Virus record (IMG/VR): IMGVR_UViG_3300045284_000404
Location: 1-50,495 of that record
Length of the DNA stretch: 50,495 nucleotides
Strand: one strand, 5' to 3'
DNA from: a virus
Lineage: Duplodnaviria > Caudoviricetes
How positions within the stretch are numbered: position 1 is the first letter of the stretch; each line of letters opens with the position of its first letter. Under the pieces are notes generated by a model. That model did no database searches. It was given only the letters and a program-made list of their open reading frames with translations, and was not told the origin of the DNA. Positions 1 to 7,881 of the stretch are shown here, one piece after another. The position numbers were made by a program, and so were the translations under genes.

Positions 1-10
1 CCGAAGGGCA

Positions 11-133
11 GACTATCGTGGTTGCAGGCTCTCGTTAGAGCACCCTATCTTGCAGGCTTCCGGACCTGGGGCCGGAACACAACCTGTGGGTTGTGCTCGC
101 GCCACGAGCGGCCTTGGAATGCAACCAGGAGTC
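11..133. ncRNA. Candidate structured RNA or ssDNA element, copy A
   Basis: Nested complementary segments: 19-26/120-127, 11-14/130-133, 28-32/37-41, 54-57/111-114, 58-63/72-77, 78-84/89-95, 96-99/105-108. Confidence 0.45.
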
Positions 134-171
134 CCCATGATTGTACGGTTTCATACCGAGGAAAATAAATA

Positions 172-199
172 TTGACATATTGCCCCATGTCTATAGAGT
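172..199 (+). promoter_or_regulatory. sigma70-type promoter
   Basis: TTGACA (172-177), 16 bp spacer, TAGAGT (194-199), with A-rich upstream sequence GAAAATAAATA. Confidence 0.65.
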
Positions 200-240
200 G
201 ATGTTGTGGCGATTGGCCACGAACAACAAGGAGTAAGGAA

Positions 241-828
241 ATGTCGGTAGTCATTAAGTCGGAAGGCCAGTCCTTCGATCATTCCGCCGGTCACGTTGGT
301 GATGTGTCTTTCGAATTCCGCGTGGAGTCGGCAAGCATGAACGGACAGGTTTTGTCCAATGATGCCATTGAATATATCATCGAGTACGGCATTAAGCAGA
401 ACCTGACTGACGCATATGCCTCGGCGAAAATCACGGCGGAAAAGAAAGGACTCGTCTTGATTGACGTGGCTCGTGATTTGTTCGCGCGTCGACTCAAGGG
501 AATTTTGGATGGCACGCTTTCCATGCGGGACTCGGTATCGCCATTCGAGCGGATTGTGCATGAACTCGCAATGGCCGCATTCCGCAAGCAAGCCAAAATG
601 ACCTTCGCGGCGTTCGTGAAGTCGGTTGATAGCGAGGAAATTGCGCAAGCGGTTTTTGACAAGTTCGTAGCGGCCAATCGAGCCGAGTTCGAACGTGGCG
701 CGAATGAACGGATCGAGTTGAACAAGTCGATCAAAACGACTTCTTCGATTAATGATCTTCTTCAATCCGTCAAGGCCGAGCAGCCCGTGGCAACGACTGT
801 CATAAAGAAGAAAGGAAAGGCTGCATAG
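241..828 (+). CDS. Hypothetical early protein, allele A (195 aa)
   Basis: RBS AAGGAG/AAGGAA and own promoter. Conservation with 49744..50340 includes many synonymous changes, which supports coding. Confidence 0.9.
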   Translation: MSVVIKSEGQSFDHSAGHVGDVSFEFRVESASMNGQVLSNDAIEYIIEYGIKQNLTDAYASAKITAEKKGLVLIDVARDLFARRLKGILDGTLSMRDSVSPFERIVHELAMAAFRKQAKMTFAAFVKSVDSEEIAQAVFDKFVAANRAEFERGANERIELNKSIKTTSSINDLLQSVKAEQPVATTVIKKKGKAA

Positions 829-839
829 TTAGCTAACTA

Positions 840-879
840 ATGATTAGCAGGCTAATGATTTAGTTAGCCTGCTAATCAT
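840..879 (+). terminator. Hairpin, probable terminator
   Basis: 16-bp perfect stem ATGATTAGCAGGCTAA/TTAGCCTGCTAATCAT right after the stop codon. Copy B shows a compensatory change. U-tract is weak. Confidence 0.6.
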
Positions 880-1242
880 CTCCCTCGCATACTACCCAGG
901 GTTGCAGGCTTGGGTAGGGTGGGCGGGGACTTCGACTGACCGGGGCACCCCCCTCGTAGGGGGCCACGCAGCGGCGGCGCTTGCAAAAAGTTCGAAGCGC
1001 ACCAGTTGCTCGAGCCCACTCCCCCACCTGTCCTTCCTTAGGGCACTTGACATCCCCTGCGAATGGGCGCAGACTTCCAATCGGCGAGGACTCTGGGAGG
1101 TTTGTAGCTGGACCGAGCGGGATCTCGTCCTAAGCTGGGATTGAGCGGGAGCGGAGCGGAGCGGAGTAGAGGCCAATCTTTATCCTGCCCTGCTCTCCCA
1201 GTGACTGGGACAGGGAGCGAAAGCTCCAGAGGAACCCAAAGA

Positions 1243-2133
1243 ATGGACCTTGACCTGGATGAACTGGTAGCGCAGATTGGATTGCAGCTTCCTTCCGCGA
1301 GAGGACGACGTCCACGGGAGTCCTCTGTGCCTCTGGAGGTTGGAGAACCACGGCCAATAAGGGCCGAGGACGTGGTGGGGCAGAGCTCGAAGACCCTCCC
1401 AACCTCTACCCCACCATCTCTCCAAAAACTGCGGTCCCGGCACCATCAGCTCGCGCAGCAATTGTCCTCCGGGATGACCGATTTCCAGGTCTCGGTATCC
1501 CTCGGCTACAGTTTGAGCCGAATTTCCATCCTCAAGTCGGATCCAACGTTCCGCGAGCTGCTCTCCTATTACGAGAAACAGCACGAAGCGCTGCATCTGG
1601 ACGTTCAGGAGAGGTTGATCAACCTGGGTCTCGACAGTATTGAGACCCTTCAAAGCCGCCTCGACGACGATCCGGACGAGTTCAGCAATAAGGAACTCCT
1701 GGAGGTAGCGGAAATGGCCCTAGATCGGACAGGCCACGGAAAAAGTTCGACCGTATCTGTGATGCACGGCCTGGACGACGAGACTCACGCGCTTCTGATG
1801 GCCCAGCACGAGGCGCGGAAGCAAGGTCGGGTTCTAAATCTGTCCGATGGGGAGTTTATTGATGTTACAGGAGGCCAGGTTCCAGCTGAAGCTGGGAGCG
1901 AAGCGACCCCAACACATGCAAGTGCAGTCCTCGAACAAGGTCCGGACGATCTCGGCATTGCAGGACGCGAAATTCCTTACCAGCCGACCTCACTTCATCC
2001 CTCTTCCGAGACCCAAGAACGGCTCGACGATCGCGAAGGGGCTGGCGTATCAGAGAAAATGGAGCGATTGGATCAAGGTGCGCAGCTTTTGCTGTTTCCA
2101 ACATCGCCTATTCGCCGGGATCGAGAGGAATGA
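1243..2133 (+). CDS. Probable terminase small subunit
   Basis: HTH-like LRSRHHQLAQQLSSGMTDFQVSVSLGYSLSRISILKSDPTF, then helical segment ending ALDRTGHGK. First gene of the late arm. ATG 1243 with GAGGA RBS preferred to TTG 1141. Confidence 0.65.
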   Translation: MDLDLDELVAQIGLQLPSARGRRPRESSVPLEVGEPRPIRAEDVVGQSSKTLPTSTPPSLQKLRSRHHQLAQQLSSGMTDFQVSVSLGYSLSRISILKSDPTFRELLSYYEKQHEALHLDVQERLINLGLDSIETLQSRLDDDPDEFSNKELLEVAEMALDRTGHGKSSTVSVMHGLDDETHALLMAQHEARKQGRVLNLSDGEFIDVTGGQVPAEAGSEATPTHASAVLEQGPDDLGIAGREIPYQPTSLHPSSETQERLDDREGAGVSEKMERLDQGAQLLLFPTSPIRRDREE

Positions 2134-2485
2134 GATTGAAATCCTGCCAGAGCAGTGGTTCATATATGCGGATGCGAATGGAGTCGGGTATGCGGAGTCG
2201 GATCTGGTGGTGGTCGTTCAACCTCTTCGGTTGGTCATGCTTTTTGAGTGTAAGCGGACGCACACCGATCGAGGTCTGGTGCAGCTGGGTCAACTCTATG
2301 GTCCGCTCTTGGAATACATTTATCCAGGATTTCGAGTTCATGGTCTTCTTGTCTGCAGAAACCTCGAGCCGGGAGTCAACCGGAAGTACCTGCTCGCAGG
2401 AGTCGACGAATGGTGGACTCGAATTGAGGATTCTCTCATTTCAGGAAGGGAAGTTCCCCTTTATTCCATATGTTGGAGAGGCTAG
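1862..2485 (+). CDS. PD-(D/E)XK family nuclease
   Basis: ESDLVVV...LFECKRT...QLGQLY motif pattern; GGAG RBS before ATG 1862 (start uncertain). Confidence 0.7.
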   Translation: MLQEARFQLKLGAKRPQHMQVQSSNKVRTISALQDAKFLTSRPHFIPLPRPKNGSTIAKGLAYQRKWSDWIKVRSFCCFQHRLFAGIERNEIEILPEQWFIYADANGVGYAESDLVVVVQPLRLVMLFECKRTHTDRGLVQLGQLYGPLLEYIYPGFRVHGLLVCRNLEPGVNRKYLLAGVDEWWTRIEDSLISGREVPLYSICWRG

Positions 2486-2515
2486 GGAGGAATCGGAAGG
2501 TGAGGCTGCAGCGAA

Positions 2516-2752
2516 ATGAACCCGTCCGACACAGCACAGATTCTCTCGGCGCTTGGAATCCCGACAGGGCCAGGAATACCCTTACCTGCTGGCGCTGGGA
2601 ACACTTCGATGGCACCCGCGGCGTCGATGGCGGATCCAGCGAGGGCAAATCAGATTCAGCAGCTGATAGCGGGAGCCCTGGGATCGCCGCTGCCGGAAGC
2701 AGCGCAGCTCGGGAAGACCAACAGAGTTCCTCGAGGCGGATTCCCCTCTTAG
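2516..2752 (+). CDS. Hypothetical Ala/Pro/Gly-rich protein
   Basis: Tiles in the operon; GAGG upstream. Confidence 0.6.
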   Translation: MNPSDTAQILSALGIPTGPGIPLPAGAGNTSMAPAASMADPARANQIQQLIAGALGSPLPEAAQLGKTNRVPRGGFPS

Positions 2753-2761
2753 GAGTTCCCA

Positions 2762-3361
2762 ATGCCCAGCAGCAATTGGAAAAGACCCCTAGAGCAGCAG
2801 GAGGAATTAGTCCCCCAGGGTCCTCCGATGTCTGCGGCAGTCAACCCCTTCCGAGACGCCCTGGAGCAATACCCGATCCTGCAAAAACTCGGGCTCAGCA
2901 AGATTACTACACCAAACCCCCAGGACTCAAGAAAATTGGAGTTCTGGCCACCGGGGGAGCCAGGGGATCAGGAATTCCCGAGGCCTCAGGAGTTGCCAGC
3001 GGACCGGCCTGGAGTCCAAATCCTGGACCCGTCGGTGTCCTCGGAGGATGTGGCGGCGGACGTAGTCAGTCACTACTTGGTGCACCAGGATCCCAGGCTG
3101 CAGGGTCTGTACAGCCAGTTCTCTGGAACGTTTCAGGACCCTCAACGTCGCCCTCGCCTGGAGGAAGACTACCAATGGTCACAAATCCACGAGGGGGAGA
3201 AGAGGCCATTCGAGGACTGGCTCCAATCTACGAGGGTTCCGGATTACCTCAGGGGATACCTGTTCCACCAGTGGCCTGAGAAGTCCTACTCGCAGATGTA
3301 CTCGCCGGAGCAAAGGGCGATTCTGGAGCAGATGAGATCGGTTTTACAGACGAAGGAATAA
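2762..3361 (+). CDS. Hypothetical protein (199 aa)
   Basis: AGGAG RBS, operon tiling. Confidence 0.75.
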   Translation: MPSSNWKRPLEQQEELVPQGPPMSAAVNPFRDALEQYPILQKLGLSKITTPNPQDSRKLEFWPPGEPGDQEFPRPQELPADRPGVQILDPSVSSEDVAADVVSHYLVHQDPRLQGLYSQFSGTFQDPQRRPRLEEDYQWSQIHEGEKRPFEDWLQSTRVPDYLRGYLFHQWPEKSYSQMYSPEQRAILEQMRSVLQTKE

Positions 3362-3365
3362 CTCC

Positions 3366-3626
3366 ATGCTACCGCTTCTTGGACTTCTTGGACCACTTCT
3401 TGGAGGCCTTGGCGGTGCAGGAGCTGCAGGAGCAGCAGGAGCAGGAGCAGCAGCCGGTGCAGGTGCAGGTGCTGGAGCTGGACTCCTTGGCGGACTCGCT
3501 CCTGCTATCGGGGCTGTCAAGACTCCCTTGATGCTCGCATCACTTCTTGGGGGTCTTGGTGGCGGAGGCGGAGCTGCCCCAATGGCTCCGCCTGCCCGCC
3601 CAATGCAACAATTTGGTCAATTCTGA
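3366..3626 (+). CDS. Gly/Ala/Leu-rich small protein
   Basis: AAGGA RBS, GAGA low-complexity core, operon tiling. Confidence 0.7.
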   Translation: MLPLLGLLGPLLGGLGGAGAAGAAGAGAAAGAGAGAGAGLLGGLAPAIGAVKTPLMLASLLGGLGGGGGAAPMAPPARPMQQFGQF

Positions 3627-3638
3627 GAGGAGAGAGCA

Positions 3639-4142
3639 ATGGCAGGCGAAAAAGGAGTCCTCATCTACGAAGAGGAAGAGGACATTCGGGAGACTCTAGA
3701 CGAGATCGGCCAGGACGGAGAGGAAGCAGTCCTGACGCCTGGGCCTAACGGCGGCTTCATCCTGACAGGAGAGGACGCCGAGGCCTACGCGAATCACAGA
3801 GGGATTCCCCTCACGGATGTGAGTGACATCGGCACGAAGGGAGGAGAACCGGTTTTGGATTCCATCTCTCCGACCACGGCGGAACTCGGGAGCGCGGATA
3901 TCACTCTGAGCTGCTATGGAACGGGGTTCCGGCCGGAGTCAGTGATCCTGTTCGCCGGGCAACCTGAGCCCATTAACTTCATCTCGAGCCTAGAGATCAC
4001 GACGATTGTGAAACCCTCGCTGGCGTGGGGCGCAGTCACAGTCCCGGTGGCGGTGAAGAACGACGATCTCGTCAGTATGGCGCAGGATTTCACCTTTACG
4101 GAAGCAGCCGCACCGGGCCGGAAGGGATCGAAGCGGAGATAA
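3639..4142 (+). CDS. IPT/TIG (Ig-like) domain protein, possible capsid decoration
   Basis: PVLDSISP...ITLSCYGTGF...FISSLEITTIV...VPVAVKN...FTF is an IPT/TIG pattern; acidic N-terminus. Confidence 0.75.
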   Translation: MAGEKGVLIYEEEEDIRETLDEIGQDGEEAVLTPGPNGGFILTGEDAEAYANHRGIPLTDVSDIGTKGGEPVLDSISPTTAELGSADITLSCYGTGFRPESVILFAGQPEPINFISSLEITTIVKPSLAWGAVTVPVAVKNDDLVSMAQDFTFTEAAAPGRKGSKRR

Positions 4143-4145
4143 CCA

Positions 4146-4715
4146 ATGGCTACGAAGGTCGCAGGAGCAGGCTTGAGAGAGTCCACGAATGTTGTGGATC
4201 TCCAGCTGACTCCGCGACAGCGGGAGCAGATAAGGAATCGGAAAGGCTTCGAAGCACTTAAGAGGCCGAGAATTTTGGCGAAGCCACTTAGTTCTGCACT
4301 CACATATGGGAAGCCGCTGACTAGATTTACTGGGGAAGATCTGGGAGCTCGTAGGGCTCCGGCGTCGTACTGGGCACCAGACTTTGCTCCAGAAGGAGGC
4401 GGCTGGGAGAAGACTTACTCGTATTATCCGAGTACGGCTCAGCGCGTCCGGACGACCTACGGGCAGAACAATCCACCACCAACAAAGTTTGAGCAGCAAA
4501 GTATGGATTTAACTCCATTGTTACAAGTGGATCATCCGGATTTCCAGCCGGTGGTTCAGCCGTTAGGACAAGAGCCGGTGATGCCAGCGTGGGGAGTCGG
4601 ACTGGATCTTTCTCGAGGAGAGCGAACTCGCTGGGGAAACAATCCCATGTCGAGACAGAATCGGCAGATGGAAGAGCTGAAGGCACTTGTGAGAGGACTT
4701 GCTCCTAGTGGCTAA
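4146..4715 (+). CDS. Hypothetical protein (189 aa)
   Basis: GGAG RBS, operon tiling. Confidence 0.7.
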   Translation: MATKVAGAGLRESTNVVDLQLTPRQREQIRNRKGFEALKRPRILAKPLSSALTYGKPLTRFTGEDLGARRAPASYWAPDFAPEGGGWEKTYSYYPSTAQRVRTTYGQNNPPPTKFEQQSMDLTPLLQVDHPDFQPVVQPLGQEPVMPAWGVGLDLSRGERTRWGNNPMSRQNRQMEELKALVRGLAPSG

Positions 4716-5913
4716 CGCGGCGGATCTCAAAGCACGGATCGGAGCGAAGGCTGGCCTCACAGCAAAGCCTACGATCTCTGGTCCTGTGCTTGAGAATTAC
4801 CAGCCGACGTGGGGAGATCGGATAGCCCAGTATATGGGCTCCCTGATGGGGAACTCGAACGCCGGAGTTGCTGACAGCACGAAGTTCTGGCGAGAGAAAA
4901 TCAACCCCATCACTCCCATTATTGGAGAGCAGGAAGCCTTCAAAAGTGCAGCTGGAAAAGCCCACGCTGGAGATCTTCAGGGCGCGATAATGGAGGGAAT
5001 TGGAAGCGTTCCTGGGCCCGGACATGCTGAGGCTATGTTCATCGGGCCAGCGGCCCGAAGTTGGAGCAAATCGGCAGCCAAGGAAGCGAGGCTGATGCTC
5101 AAGGCGAAGGCCGATCCGGAGGAGATCTGGAGAAGGACTCGCACGGCATTTGCCCCGGCGAGTGAAGCACCAGAGGATTGGTTCCCCTTCCAAGAAGTCT
5201 CCTCGAGGAACATGGTGATTGATCCAGACCTCGCGGCGAATATTCCAAAGATCAAAGCTAAGGCAAAGCCAGTCGAGGAGTTCATGGAACACCCGATGTT
5301 CTCGGAATATCCGGGATCGGGGAAGATTCCATTCTGGAGTGATCAGAGGCCGGGAAATGCAGGAGGACTTTACATTGCACCGTTTGGTCCGCCAAGGTCA
5401 CTGAAGTCGATCACCAGTATGGCGATGAATCCGGACGAAGTTGGAGCAAGCACACTCTTCCGAGGGAAACCGACAGGATTGATTGGAGCTGATGTTCACC
5501 CAGATTTGATGTTTCCGGAACAGGTGGCAGAGCACGAGTTCCAGCACGGTGTGACGCATTTAGAGGGTTGGCCAACTGCTCTTTGGTCACATCCAGAGGC
5601 CAATAGGGGAATGATGCAGCCGGGAACTCCAGAGTGGAATCTTTTGGACGCTCTGGAAGGACAGTACGGCAGAGACAGGTATCCAGGGATGCCGAAGCCA
5701 AAGAGGCGGTCTCATGGGTTCTATGAGCACGCAGCAGATGAAACTATGTCGAGGAATTCTGAAAACCGGTTGTTCCTCACAGATGATGAGCGAGGAATGT
5801 ATCCTCCGCACCTGACGCAGGATATTCCCTATAATAAGCAGATCTTGCCGAACCTTGTCCGAGAGCGGCAAGATGCACTGCTGTTGAACGCGCTGGTGGG
5901 ATTGAAGCCATGA
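4708..5913 (+). CDS. LPD23-like domain plus zincin-like metallopeptidase (polyvalent-protein type)
   Basis: MFIGPAARSW...AKEARLML...DPEEIWRRT (LPD23-like), HEFQH zinc motif, YEHAADETMSR...R..LT..ER..YPP tail; GTG 4708 start assumed. Confidence 0.7.
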   Translation: MANAADLKARIGAKAGLTAKPTISGPVLENYQPTWGDRIAQYMGSLMGNSNAGVADSTKFWREKINPITPIIGEQEAFKSAAGKAHAGDLQGAIMEGIGSVPGPGHAEAMFIGPAARSWSKSAAKEARLMLKAKADPEEIWRRTRTAFAPASEAPEDWFPFQEVSSRNMVIDPDLAANIPKIKAKAKPVEEFMEHPMFSEYPGSGKIPFWSDQRPGNAGGLYIAPFGPPRSLKSITSMAMNPDEVGASTLFRGKPTGLIGADVHPDLMFPEQVAEHEFQHGVTHLEGWPTALWSHPEANRGMMQPGTPEWNLLDALEGQYGRDRYPGMPKPKRRSHGFYEHAADETMSRNSENRLFLTDDERGMYPPHLTQDIPYNKQILPNLVRERQDALLLNALVGLKP

Positions 5914-6662
5914 GCGAGGTTTGGGTGGTCGACCTTTCTCATCACAACACCGTGAAGAGCTTCACGAGTGCCGCTGCTGATGGCCTCGTCGGCGTGATCC
6001 ATAAGGCGACCGAGGGGAGCAGCTACGAGGATTCAACTTACAAGTCGCGGGAGTCAGCGGCTCGAGGAGCTGGACTCCTTTGGTCCTCGTACCACTTTAT
6101 GCGGCCCGGCGATCAGAGGCAGCATTTCGGGCATTATCTGCAGTATGCAGAGCCGAGAGAGGGGGAACGAGTTTGCTTGGATTTCGAGGATTCCTCCCTG
6201 ACACTGAATGACCTCTACGTGGCGATGGACTTCCTATCGGAGACTCGGCCAGATGTTCAGCTAACGATTTACTCTGGCAATCTCCTGAAGGAACTCCTCG
6301 GGAGTAAGAACGATGAGCAATTGGCTAAAGCGAGCCTATGGGTGGCTCAGTACACAAGTGCGGCGTCTCCTAGCTGGCCCAAAGGAACCTGGCCCGTCTG
6401 GAGTCTCTGGCAGTACACCGACGGACGCAATGGCGGGACTCCGAGAGACGTTGCGGGACTTACCTCTCCCATCGACTGTAACCGGTTCAATGGAAGTAGG
6501 GAGGCCTGTGAGTCCTGGCTCGGACCCGCCACAACTCCCGAGCCAGCTCCCGAGCCAGAGCCAGAGCCCGAAGTCAAAGTTACCAAGGTCTCGTACGAAG
6601 TCCCGGAAGGGACAAAGCTCGAAATCACCGTGACTGGTGACGGAGAAGTGGAGATAAAGTGA
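5910..6662 (+). CDS. GH25 muramidase (endolysin)
   Basis: VDLSHHN, HKATEG, YHF, LDFE, LWVAQY, LWQYT, DCN motifs; Pro-Glu linker and short C-terminal domain. Confidence 0.92.
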   Translation: MSEVWVVDLSHHNTVKSFTSAAADGLVGVIHKATEGSSYEDSTYKSRESAARGAGLLWSSYHFMRPGDQRQHFGHYLQYAEPREGERVCLDFEDSSLTLNDLYVAMDFLSETRPDVQLTIYSGNLLKELLGSKNDEQLAKASLWVAQYTSAASPSWPKGTWPVWSLWQYTDGRNGGTPRDVAGLTSPIDCNRFNGSREACESWLGPATTPEPAPEPEPEPEVKVTKVSYEVPEGTKLEITVTGDGEVEIK

Positions 6663-7099
6663 TGGGTGAGAATCTAGGATTGCAAAGCACAGCAGGAGCA
6701 CAAGGCAGCCCTGTTCCCCAGAGGACTCCGGCCGACATGGAAGCCCAGCGGAACAAGATGATGATGGCACTAGCGGGAGACCGAGGCAATGCTGCTGCGG
6801 CGGGAGCCCCAGGTGCACCTCCGGCAGCACCAGCTGGTGCTCCGATGCCCGGTGGGATGCCAGCTGTTCCGACAGGGCAGCAAGCACAGGCAGGAGGCCT
6901 GTCGGCTATGGTCGGCCGTATGCCGAGACCGGCCGGAGCCGGAGCCGGAGGAGCTGGAGGCGTTCCTAACTCGAAGGGCATGGGCGGTCCGGGAGGCCGG
7001 ACCACAAACATGCTCATGGGCCTGAAACAAAGGCCAATGGCGAATCCAGCGGCTGGGATCAGTGCTCCGGGAGCAGGACTCATTCCTGGATTAGCGTGA
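6659..7099 (+). CDS. Gly/Ala/Pro/Met-rich disordered protein
   Basis: Start overlaps upstream stop, GGAG RBS. Confidence 0.7.
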   Translation: MMGENLGLQSTAGAQGSPVPQRTPADMEAQRNKMMMALAGDRGNAAAAGAPGAPPAAPAGAPMPGGMPAVPTGQQAQAGGLSAMVGRMPRPAGAGAGGAGGVPNSKGMGGPGGRTTNMLMGLKQRPMANPAAGISAPGAGLIPGLA

Positions 7100-7329
7100 T
7101 GGGACAGGTTAAGGGAAATCCCGGCACGACGAAAGCTGCGATGAATCAGTATCGGCAGAACTATGGGGGGAACAAGAATTCGACTCAGCCGATTGACTTC
7201 CAGGCCTTGGCAAATATGTTTATGAGGCCTGGACCCTCACAAGCAACCCCGGCTCCGGTGGCACCTCCAGCACCAGCGGGTCCACGGTATGAGAATGCAG
7301 CTGGAGTAATGCCCTGGGCGCTAAAATAG
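7096..7329 (+). CDS. Hypothetical small protein
   Basis: Start-stop overlap with upstream gene. Confidence 0.65.
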   Translation: MMGQVKGNPGTTKAAMNQYRQNYGGNKNSTQPIDFQALANMFMRPGPSQATPAPVAPPAPAGPRYENAAGVMPWALK

Positions 7330-7338
7330 GAGAAAGAA

Positions 7339-7881
7339 ATGGCGACGACGATTAGCAAACCTGGAACTGGACTCGGTGGAGCAACGCAAGAGCCGACTGT
7401 GACTGAACCTCAGCCCTCGCCGGGACCCGTCAAGGCCAAGGATAGTCCCCCGCACGATCAAGAAAGAACTCCGAGGACTGGAGTGGTTGGGGATCCGGTT
7501 GGAACCTGGCCCTCGAAGGAGGCAGTCGATCCGCATCCCCTGACACCGGAGGACACAAGACGGGCTGAGAAGCCAGCGGGCCTAGTAGCTCCCAGCCGGG
7601 AGTATGGCGCTGGGTTTTCGAAGGAGGCTCGAGAGAAACTACAGGCAAAAGCGATGGGAAGAGAATACGATCCGAATGAACCTGCGAACGTCGCGAACAT
7701 TCCGACAGGTGCGGTTCCGGTTGAGACTGAGGACACGACTGGAAATCCCACCGGTGAGCAAAATCCGCCGACACCAGTCCCGGGGACCAATCCACCGACT
7801 AAGAATGTCACGGAACCCGAGAAGCCTCCAGTGGAGCCCTTGGTGAAGTCGAGTTCAACGGCAAAGGATTCGACTTCCTGA
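7339..7881 (+). CDS. Pro/Thr/Glu-rich disordered protein
   Basis: AGGAG RBS; stop overlaps TerL start (TGATG). Confidence 0.75.
   Translation: MATTISKPGTGLGGATQEPTVTEPQPSPGPVKAKDSPPHDQERTPRTGVVGDPVGTWPSKEAVDPHPLTPEDTRRAEKPAGLVAPSREYGAGFSKEAREKLQAKAMGREYDPNEPANVANIPTGAVPVETEDTTGNPTGEQNPPTPVPGTNPPTKNVTEPEKPPVEPLVKSSSTAKDSTS

Larger units (their letters stand above)
10..989 (+). repeat. Imperfect ~1 kb direct repeat, copy A (copy B at 49513..50495)
   Basis: 10..219 matches 49513..49722 with 4 substitutions (positions 31, 35, 48, 100). 892..989 is identical to 50398..50495 (98 bp). The enclosed ORF is much more diverged. Confidence 0.95.

Noticed and set aside
54-114. Cloverleaf-like fold as a tRNA
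   Set aside because: Only ~61 nt, 4-bp closing stem, no TTC(G/A)A T-loop, no 7-nt anticodon loop and no CCA end.
241-828. Allele pair as TR/VR of a diversity-generating retroelement
   Set aside because: No reverse transcriptase is present, and differences are not adenine-specific; many are synonymous third-position changes.
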